DNA of 64,000 bases, from positions 15,376,001 to 15,440,000 of the forward strand of contig JAQFVV010000010.1 in NCBI GenBank assembly GCA_028023455.1. The letters run 5' to 3'. This stretch comes from Epiperipatus broadwayi. Its lineage: Eukaryota; Animalia; Onychophora. The stretch's first letter is position 1; every line of letters starts with the position of its first letter. The notes beneath the pieces are model-generated. The model was not told where the DNA came from and did not search any database. It was given only the letters and a program-made list of their open reading frames with translations. Below are positions 49,952-60,680 of this stretch, piece after piece. The position numbers were made by a program, and so were the translations under genes.

Positions 49952-52146
49952 GTTAAGAAAAATCTAGTTATAGTTATAGTCAATTTATTTATAAATAGAT
50001 TATTTTAATTTCATTCTGTTATGAAAATAATATTATTTTTTTAATATGTGTGTGTGCAGTTATTGGGCTGAATATAATTTTTCTATAATCTATGCCAGTT
50101 ATACTAAAGAAAATGGGAGACAGTATTGAAAAATATTTATTCATATATAACTTGCAGTATATTCACAAATTAATTTTAAATATTTATAGCATGTATTCTT
50201 ATGTGAGATATTTTACTTATAAATTTATTTTATGGGAGATTCTAATGAATGAATATTAGACATTAAATAGATATACAAAGATAGAAATATGAAATACCTG
50301 TTTGTTTAAATTATTTATTAACTTAAAATAATTCAAGAATAATATTAGTATTTATACATGAACTTGTAATCATGTTATGCAATTGATTGATAGAGAATTT
50401 ATTCAACACTATTATTGTATAAATCCTCCAGACAAGATCATTGTGTTATGAGGTAATTAAAGTTTTATATATTTGTCTCTGAATCAAAGATGCATTTGTT
50501 TAAAGAATATTAGGTAGAGTGATCATCGTTTAACCAAAGGGATTTGGATCTTGTTAGTCAATGGAATACTTTATTATCTCTTACAATAATATGCAATCAT
50601 ATGGGTTTGAAAAAGAATGTATTTTTAAAATGAATGCATTTTATTATGTGTGTATTTGGCATATTATTAAACATGTTAGATTGGTGAATAGACAAATTCC
50701 ACAATTTTTCAATCAGAACAGAACATCAGAGTTCTCTCAGCATAAAGTTATGCAAGATTAGTATTGTTTTGCTGAGCCTGGCTGGTGTTATGCACGCATA
50801 TCTTCATGATATTCTATACATTAACCTATAAAGAAATAAATACAAATATAAAAAATGGGTATAAATATTAGGTCTTACATTGTTTATCAGTCTTTATCCT
50901 TATAATACACATTGTATGAGTTCCACAATATATTCAGAATCCTTATTAATTCCAGATACCCAAAATCTGATCATTTATTTATTTTTTTACAGTAGCTTGA
51001 TTTTATAATTAAAATATAATTACAAAAAGATGTATATATAAAGTTAAGTTTGCATTAAAATAAAATTTGTTGTTAAATATAATGCATATCTCATTATTAA
51101 CAAATGTCTCATCTTCACAACCATGAATTACAAGAATGACTAATATTAATGGAATATATATATAAAAAAGGAAGATTATGTGCATGCATAGAGCGAATTT
51201 GTGGAATTTGGGTAATGTGTTTGCCGATGCTCATTATTTTATAAAGAAACTGCATTGAATATGCCAACTTATTTTGTTACATTGGGATTTATTTACTTTA
51301 TAAGAATTCGATTTATCAGTTACCACAGATCTTTTTAAACAAATGAGGCAATTTAAAGCATTGCATTTATCAAAGAATTGCCAAGTATACTCGAAATGAT
51401 TTTTTTTTCATTATATCTCTACTACAGATTAATATTATTTATAATATTTGAAAACATAAATATATTTATTAGCACTCTTAGTGGATCAAATTATAAAGAT
51501 AATTGATGCATATCTCCACTGATAGTTTGTTGATTGATCAGTCTCTCTATTCATAAATCCAGTGCAGATCTGTCAAAGTATATTTGTTTACAACTTTAAT
51601 TAACGTTCTATATGCATATGTATAAAAGCCTCTTTCTCACTTTCTCAGTACAATATAAGCTCGCAAAAAAAAAAAAATAATAATCATTACGAAAATTGTT
51701 GTTATATAATAATTTGTATTTCATAGTTACTCCATAATAACTTTTAAGAAAAAATATTAACAAATATTGGATCTATTCCCCCCCCCTCCCAACCTCCACA
51801 TTAGTTTCACTATTTTTCTTAATACAAACTTAGTCAATTTGGAAATTTCCTTAGATTGAAGCTAAAATAATTTTTTAAATGTTAGTATTCAGACTAAGCA
51901 TTCAATGAATTATTTAGATATATTAATAAGTAATTTTAAAATAACAAAATACAATAAAAAATGTAATTACTGATTTTTTAATCTTCTTAAAAAAAAAATA
52001 CCAAATTTAATATTTTGAACATTGAATAACACTTATAAGCAAAAAGTGTAACTAGCCTTTCTTAGTGAAAATAATCTTCTAGGGAAGAAAGTGTAATTGA
52101 ATTGATGAAAGAAAATTGCATAGTGCAGAATTCATAATTAGGGTTT

Positions 52147-52330
52147 AACTTCATATCTTTGATTTTTGAAATTTCTAAATGTTCTAATAAAACACTAATG
52201 GCATTAAAAAATTGTTTTTTCATGATCTTACTTGTGCTCAACTTCATATCTTTGATTTTTGAAATTTCTAAATGTTCTAATAAAACACTAATGGCATTAA
52301 AAAATTGTTTTTTCATGATCTTACTTGTGC
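52147..52330. repeat. 93-bp tandem duplication
   Basis: AACTTCATATCTTTG recurs at 52147 and 52240. Confidence 0.88.
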
Positions 52331-54899
52331 TGCTATCAGTACTTATTATACTCCAAAAAAGGATCAAAGAAAGCATTTACCATTTTCACTGGTATATAGG
52401 ATGCAGCATAAACCACACCCCTTTTTTATACACATTTTAAAGAAAAATAATAATTTTCTACATTTTTCATGAATTTCCATAATGATTTACTGTACTAATT
52501 TTATAGTTATTTGTCTACAAACAATGGAACTAGAAACACTGTAGTTAGTAACCTTTAAATCTTCATCCTCAAAATCCAAAAATTTATCTCCATAGCTACA
52601 TATTTTGAACATTATCTCTTTTTTTTAATTGTATGTTATTTACTTGTATTTTTATTCACAAACCATAAGAATCATTTACAAAAAGAATGACATTTACATA
52701 TCAATCTCAAAGGAGACCAGTCAACAAAATCAGAGGTTACGCTTGTATATATAAACATAAAACAATTAATTTCATATCAATTACATTAATGCATTAGTTA
52801 TCACCAGAAATTGAAGACATATAACTTCCCATTCCAGAAATCATAGTAGTGGCCCATTTACATTAATCTGATCATGTATATCACATATATGATGGTGTTA
52901 GTTAATTCAAACACATATAAGTTTGTTTAATTTATGAACATGTGGACAATGATTAAAATCATATTTGGCCATTTAGTCTATAGAATTTTATTTTATCAAG
53001 TGAAGAGCATTTCCAATGTTTCTGTGTGTATTAATTTAACATTTTAAATATTGAAAGATTAATCATTATGAATCATATATGAAAACCATACACTTTACTT
53101 ATAGATCATGAGGTTAGCCAATCCAATATAGGGATTGCATTGATAAAATTACTTAAAAGCAGGTTTTCATAGAATACATAAGACTGAAAATTACATGAAA
53201 TATATCATAGATTCTTTACAGTAAACAAATCTGTTCCCATTAAGCATTGTTAAAGCTGTCTTAATATATTTATTGGGTCATTGATTAAAACTGATCCGTT
53301 AATCAGATTAAGGCCATTTCCTATTATTCATCAATTAGGTGGGTAACTTTATAATGGCATTTTACTTTGTGAATAGATTTATATTTTTTGAAATAACTTT
53401 TTTTTTAATAGTTTAACCATTTAATTTTAAAATAACTTTTTAAAAATTATGAAAATATTAAACTATTTTGAATGTTTTGCTCTGATTCTGATATGATTAT
53501 GAGAGTATATATATATATATATTAGTATGACGATGTTATGTAGCTATATATAGTTTACATGCATGCTTATATACATGTGTATTTGTAAATATTTTTTTGT
53601 CTCACAAAAGAACAAAAATGCAAAAAAAACTTATACATGTATATTAATATAAACCAGAAATTTTAGACCATCTGAAATTTCACCTCATAACATTGATTAC
53701 CGATGCATTTCATAGTTTAGACATATATTGAGGGGAAAAAGTGCTTCCTATATGTCGGTAAATACCATATACCTTTTATGATAGTGATATTGCATCAATA
53801 TAATAAAATGTTGATGAGTATAAAAATTATTTTGTAAAATAAATTTAAACAAATAATTTAACATCACATGATCTTCAGCTGTGGGGAAGTCTGATTACTT
53901 GCACCTACATTTCCAGCAATCATTTTTAATTCTACTTTTTGGAGTCCTTAATGCATGTGATATGAAAAGTAAACTATGATTCAAAGTTATTCATAATAAT
54001 AGTTTCAGTGAATTTAAATAGTTTGTTGCTAAGGAATTATTGAATAACATATGGATTGACTATAAATGGAAAATGATTGCATCCTCATTCAAACAATGGC
54101 ATCAGAGTATATAAAAAGTTAATATTAGATTAGTGCTAAAAAATGTAATTAGTATATGTTATATTAAAAATTGCATATTAGTGTAAAATTTGATATTCAT
54201 TCTTTGAAAGAATTGTTTTTCATGCTGTATTTCAATAGACGCAAAATACTAGAATTGCTGATTTAGATTTTCAATCTTGTTGTACTACCGAGGCATGAAA
54301 TTTGTTTAAGCCATATGATATAGATGAGAGTAAGACAGTTCTTGGGCTCATCAAAAAAAAAAATTAAAAGAAAACAAGATATGCTCTGCATAGTAAAATA
54401 AAATAAATGTGGAGTTCATAAGTAACAAAGAGATTTAAAGGTAAAAATCACCTTACAAAGACTTAAAGAGTAATTGGTGAAATAAAACTGCAAACATGAA
54501 CATTTGCTGATTATTGAAAGTTTAGATCTTTTTTTTGGATACATTGAAATAAAATTATGATCGTAAAAAGTGATGGAAAATCCCCATTATATCAGTGGAT
54601 GGCTTTTATATGATAATATTCTGAGCAGATTGAATGAGTATTTTATCATCTTACGAATAATGATGCAAAAATTCAGATTACTGCATTTAATGTTATATCC
54701 AATTTACTGATTCATTTGGTTTTGGGCAGATATCTAGCTTGCTGAAATTAGAATAATTCAGTGTAGTCTTAAGCATGGAAAGAGTAAAGTTCTTAATGGA
54801 TTATGTAGAAAAGTTTTAAAATATAATGATATGAAGTAATGGGTCATGTGATATTATAGTAACTTCTATTGTTTTAATGTATAAAAATAAAGAGAATTA

Positions 54900-55640
54900 A
54901 AAAGACTGTAGTAATAAATATGGATTATAATTCTTATTGATTATAGTATAAGTACTTTTAAGGATTTCATTGAATGGATTACTTTATTTTGGATTCAGTA
55001 TTCATTTTAGAAAATCAAAGATTATAGGTCAGATTTTATTGGCAAGAAAATGTAAAATAATGAACAATTTTTGTTCATTTAATCAAAGCATTTCCTTGTG
55101 ATTGTTTCCCAAAGTTTTTTCTCATTATACAATTTCTTAAGCATTACTGATGGTAATGATGCCATACATGATTGTGTGCAGTTAGAGAAAAACCCGGAGA
55201 CTGAAGGTCCATAGATCACATCCAGTAATCAAATTTCCTATAAACTGCTAAGAAATAAAGCTACAATTATTTATTATAGATGGTGGAAACAGGTATTTCA
55301 ATGAACACTGGTATCAAAAGATGTACTTTCCATTTTTATGGCAGTGGTTGTTATAGCAGTATATAAATAGCTTCATTATCCAGGCATCAAGATGCAAAAA
55401 AAAAAAGCTTAACAATGAAATTTTATTTTGAATATTATTAAAAGCAAAATTGTTAACTTCATCTTCTAGCTTTAAAATATGCTGATGATTTAGTGTTATT
55501 TCTTCCAATTCAAAAATGATCTACAGAATGAAAATAACATATAAAGATTTGGATTTAGTAATTAATTCAAAAAAAATTTACATGGCAAAAATTCTTTGAA
55601 ATTTTAAGATTAGACAATTATCTGAAAGATAATATTAACC
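54900..55640 (+). mobile_element. Highly decayed non-LTR RT fragment
   Basis: KYADDLVLF at ~55475-55500 followed by a GL.IN.KK-like stretch. Upstream KxFxxIEW-like remnant. Confidence 0.45.
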
Positions 55641-55961
55641 AATGTCAGATTTGGATCCTAAAGAGCAACATAGAGTTCAATCTGTCACTGTGTTTAACAA
55701 CTAAATTAATTCTTCATAGGGCTGTTTTTCAGCCAAATTTATTGTGAAAAAAAGTGAGACTTAATCTAAAGGTACAGGAAAAATTTCATTTGCACAGTGT
55801 TGAGATCATAAAATCAATCAATATATATATATAAAATATTTTATGATAGAATTTAAATCTGGTTTTCATTAAAAGGATATAAATGATGATGGAATACAAT
55901 GGAGATAATATAATTTTCTTCTTCTTCCTTTCCTTATGCATTGATTTCTATTTTTACATAT

Positions 55962-56436
55962 TATACCATTTACAACTTCCTTAAACACTTTAACAATACT
56001 ATTTTTTATATGAAAACTTTATTCTAACAGTTTCGACTATCCTGCAGTCATCATCAGAGCTACAATATCCAAATATATAATTATACAATTAATACATTTT
56101 ATACACATGCACATAATTAAATACATGAATAAAACATACATTTTAATCTGATTATTATAGATAATCATTTCCCATTTTATTACTTGATAGAATTAATTAT
56201 GAGTAAAGTAATAAAATGGGAAATGATTATTTATAATAGTCAAGGTAAAATGTATGTTTAATTTGTGTATTTAATTATGTATATGAATGTGTATAAAATG
56301 TATCGATTGTATAATTATATATTTGGATATTGTAGCTCTGATGATGACTGCAGGTCAGTCGAAACTGCTAGAATAAAGTTTTCATATAAAAAAATAGTAT
56401 TGTTAAAGTGTTTAAGAAAGTTTTGTAAATAGTATG
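55962..56436. mobile_element. Family A palindromic element (~225-bp arms, ~20-nt loop) with two outward-facing HHR-like cores
   Basis: 55962-56185 vs 56206-56436 are reverse complements. Cores at 56025-56062 (-) and 56333-56370 (+): CTGATGA-T-GACT GCAGGTC AGTC-GAAAC. Confidence 0.85.
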
Positions 56437-58381
56437 ATAAATACAATGGAGAGTTACATTTAAACAATGTCTTTCAGAAAAACATTTCTCAAAAGTTAAA
56501 AAGTAGTATCGTAAGATCTCAATTAGCATGTAATGTATAAATAAATTTGTTTTTAATGCAATCTATATATCATTTTAAAATTCAGTTTTATCAAAATCTT
56601 TTCTTTTTATTCTTTTTTTACTTTTTCACTAGAATGGCTACAGTCATTTACAAATGGTCTCTAATGAATGATGTTCATAATTTAATTAATTAATAAGTCT
56701 CATTCAATATATTAATATATTATTTTACTTCTCAGATAATTTTTTTTCCACATGTATGGCATAATTTTTTTTATATTTCTCAATTTCAAGATTTTAAATA
56801 TGCTGACTTACATAATTAGTAGATTGTTTTTTCTTTTAAATTTAAATGCTAGCCATGTAATATTGGAGAGAAAAATATAAAATAAAGTCATTAAAAAGAA
56901 TAAGTATGAAATTGTTACTTTAAAAAACTATAACTCATAAAATATTAATTTCAGCACATAAATTATTGAAAATTATTAAACTAAGTATTACTTACTAAAG
57001 GCTCAATCAAGTATAAAATATTTTTCTGCATAGGCTCGAAAAAAATTTTCTTTAGACTCGGATTGGTTCTTGAAAAGTTTATTTCAAGCAAATGATGGGA
57101 TTTGAAAAATCATAAGATCTCCTGATATTTGTAGATAGTAGTCTAAAAGTAGCCTAATCATACAATGATCAATGGAGAGTTGGTTGATTGGCCAAATTAG
57201 AAGTCATAATTGACAAGATACTTATTCTTTCCCAAAACTTATACTTGGAAGATGTTTTCAGCATCCACCACATCAAGTATCAAAAATGTGTCCAGAAGAT
57301 TCCAATTTATCAATGTTTGATTTCAATAGTTTTAAAATATTTAACAAATAAACTAAAATTATCAAGATGAAGAGAGTGATCTAATTCATTCTTTATTTAA
57401 AGTCAAGTTAATAAAAATAAATAAAATTAAGTTTCGTTACAAAATACATAATATAGTTAAATTAAAAAAATTCACACATAAAAAATAGAAAAAGAATAAA
57501 TATATTAACGCAATGACAAGTGAACTTTGAACTCAATAATAAGTAAAAATTACAACAGTTTAAAAAACCTATAAAATCAAATTAAACATAATAATCAATA
57601 GCCATTTACTTGGCATTATTTGATGCAATGGAAAGTGGAAAACTCTGAAGCCCAAGATCCATGGATTGTGGCCCACCTATATCACTTTGAATGCTTGAAT
57701 TCTTAATGAATTCCAAAGGAATAAATTACCATTTATTTAAAAGCCATTTAATAATTAAAAATAGTAAGGGTTTTGCAGTAATTGAGCGTTCCAATCCCCA
57801 CACATAAAAGAAATTTAAATATTTACCACGTACTTGCCAGTTTTATTTAACTCTCGTTTGATTACTTTCTACAAGGCAAAAAATAAACATCTTCCATACA
57901 TAAATTTCAATTACTATTTATTTATTTTCTTTTTATAGTTTCCCAGAATTAATCTTATTGGTTTTCATTTATTTCAGACCAACATTTTTCGCTATTATTT
58001 ACTATGAAGATAACAAAATGCCTTGACTCAAGATATAGTAATTAGCAAATCTGTTTGCTATGTTATTAATCTGAGTTCAATTCTGAGCTAATTGAATTTA
58101 TTTTCAGGTCACTAAGCATGCTCAGGAATTTTCTTTCAGATAACCATTTCATCTATTTTTGTTTCTTAAATGGGTATATTGTTACTATTACTAATAGAAA
58201 TTTCTCAATCTGGATTAGTTAGATAAGTATCAAGTTCCTGACTAAACATAAATATATGATGCAATCTTCACAATTGGGAGGAGAGATATCGTATTCTTAG
58301 AGGCATTGCAGGTGTTGTACCTTACACACTTTTCAATATTTGGATTCACTTAAGTTTCTTAACTGAGAACTTTTATTTATA

Positions 58382-58633
58382 ACAGGCAAAACTCATTATA
58401 CATATTGCCACACACAGCAAGCTAGAGTAATCAACGGATGCCACAAGCCAGAAACTAGTCTTGGGATATTGGATGCATAGGCACTAGATAGGGATTTTAT
58501 GCACAAGCCTTCTGGCATCCATTGATTACTCTAGCTTGCTGTGTATGGCAATACGTATAGTGAGTTTTGCCTGTTTTAAAACAGTTATACACAAGCACAG
58601 GAAGTGGTGGTCATGTGATGTTTATTGGCTTAA
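58382..58633 (+). mobile_element. Family B insertion (short inverted 5' arm plus truncated sense copy)
   Basis: Junction at ~58441. Sense copy lacks CUGAUGA. TSD AACTTT(T/C)ATTTATA (58368-58381, 58634-58647). Confidence 0.88.
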
Positions 58634-59662
58634 AACTTTCATTTATATCAACATTTTCTTTTTCTTTGAGAATTTTTGTACTATTTGTAAAAAATCATAA
58701 TAATCCATTTTTATTGGCTGCTTATCATAATTTATTTTAGAAAATCTATTTTCATTGGTGATTCATCATTATTTATTTTAAAACATTGATTGTTGATCAC
58801 TTTTTAATGGCAATATCTATCAATTTTATATAATTTTTTTGATAACATGTCAATGAGTATAACATTGTAAACTTCTTGATATAAATCTAACTTACAGCAT
58901 TTCATTAAACTTAAAATTATTTCTTAGTTATATTATATTTAATGCTTTCACAGTTATATGATGTAAACGTTATATTTTTTGGGTTAAAACATTAGTAATA
59001 CATGGTTTAATCCCAAAAATGTATATATGTATAAAACCATATAATACAGGAACTAGTTGCTATTAACTGAATAAGTATTCTTTGAGGCCTTAAAAAGCTG
59101 AGTAAGGCAAATTACTGTCTACTCCCTTATTTTTAGATGTTAGTATTATGTGACTATCCATACAATAAATGAATATGGATGGATTGCTCATTAACATTTG
59201 ACTTTATCTCTGAATACTTCTCAAATACTTGATAGTTCTTAAGAAAAATCTTACTTGATTATTCTTAAAGGCAGAACAAATGTGTGAATGAATGAACATT
59301 CTTTTTTATACTGAGTCTCCTTAAGGTATCAATCCAAGGTAGCAGATGGAGATCAAAAACAATGGTGCTTGCTTTTTAGTGATACTTTTTATTTTAAAAA
59401 TCATTTTCATGTGACAGGAAGATGGTATGAATTAGAGGAACTATCTAATATTAAATTTTCCATTTAACATCTTCAAACTTAATGATGTTAGAAGAAACCA
59501 CTAAACATCACATGATCACTATCTCATACTAGCACAATAATTGTTATTAAACAATTCAAAATACAGCAAAACTCTCCATATAGTAGTGCCATCTTGTGCT
59601 AACAAGAGCAATCAATGGATGCCAGAAGGCTTGTGCATAAAATCCCTATCTAGTGCCTACTC

Positions 59663-59721
59663 ATCCAATATCCCCAGACTAGTTTCTGGCTTGTGGCCTT
59701 CATCAGTGAGGAGCCTTGGAT
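59663..59721 (-). ncRNA. Type I HHR, family B, intact
   Basis: ATCCAAGGCTCCTCA-CTGATGA-AGGCCACAAGCCA-GAAACTAGTC^TGGGGATATTGGAT. Predicted cleavage between 59677 and 59676. Confidence 0.88.
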
Positions 59722-59749
59722 CTGAGAGCACTGCAATTAGGGCCTACTC

Positions 59750-59808
59750 ATCCAATATCCCCAGACTAGTTTCTGGCTTGTGGCCTTCATCAGTGAGGAG
59801 CCTTGGAT
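59750..59808 (-). ncRNA. Type I HHR, family B, intact (tandem duplicate)
   Basis: Identical to 59663-59721. Predicted cleavage between 59764 and 59763. Confidence 0.88.
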
Positions 59809-59849
59809 CTGAGAGCACTGCACCTAAGATCTAGGTGCAGTGCTCTCAG

Positions 59850-59908
59850 ATCCAAGGCTCCTCACTGACAAAGGCCACAAGCCAGAAACTAGTCTGGGGA
59901 TATTGGAT
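59850..59908 (+). ncRNA. Type I HHR, family B, CUGACAA variant (G8->A)
   Basis: CTCCTCA-CTGACAA-AGGCCACAAGCCA-GAAACTAGTC-TGGGGA. Confidence 0.7.
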
Positions 59909-60059
59909 GAGTAGGCACTAGATAGGGATTTTATGCACAAGCCTTCTGGCATCCATTGATTGCTCTTGTTAGCACAAGATGGCACTACTATATGGAGAGT
60001 TTTGCTGTATTTTGAGATGTTAGAAGAACAGACAACTAGACAATTGATTTGAAAAATGG

Positions 60060-60680
60060 AATAAGTACTTTACTATAAATGCGCAAATATTGGATGGAAA
60101 AATAAAATGGGATTAATTATAAATGAAAAATCGAAAAACCACTATATGGAGACTGATGGTATATCTGAAAGAGTGACAAGACTTGTTATTAATTTAATAG
60201 AAGATAAACAAGTGTTGATAATTCAAGGTTATGTCTAAACAGTCTCATTCTGAAAGAGAATTTTTATTTAGACTTACAATATGTTTTTGATTAGAGCAAA
60301 CATTTTAAAATTACTATGAGAAACTTTAATGCTAGAAAAGCAAAACAATTGAAAGATGAAAATATTGTGAATAAATTTGATTATAGTGATAAAAATGAAA
60401 AAGAACCCAGATTTGTGAAATTTGAAAAAAAATCAACAACACAGTTGTATATAATGAATTCTTTTACAAAGCAGAAATAGAAAATAACCAAAGAAAGGCA
60501 AAGCAGAGTTAGATCACACTTTGACTAATAGAAAATATATGCTTTAAGTTTATAATGTATTTAATAGATTTAGCACAAAAATAAACATCCATTAGGGGGA
60601 TGTAGAACATGTATTAATGCAGAACTGCAAAGATAAAGGCTTCTGATCATCACATACACTAACAATGAATTTAAACTAGA
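60060..60680 (+). mobile_element. Decayed RTE-type AP-endonuclease fragment
   Basis: Remnants GISERV, IIQxY, FYxDLQ, NFNA, DHTLTNRK and SDH read in order across frameshifts. Confidence 0.55.

Larger units (their letters stand above)
59497..60015 (-). mobile_element. Family B insertion with 87-bp internal HHR duplication and fold-back arm
   Basis: Perfect 13-bp TSD GATGTTAGAAGAA (59484-59496, 60016-60028). Fold-back centre at ~59827. Confidence 0.92.

Noticed and set aside
50700-50830. Signal-peptide-like stretch KISIVLLSLAGVMHA (toxin/peptide exon?)
   Set aside because: No in-frame start Met, a stop follows shortly, and there is no downstream cysteine-rich exon.
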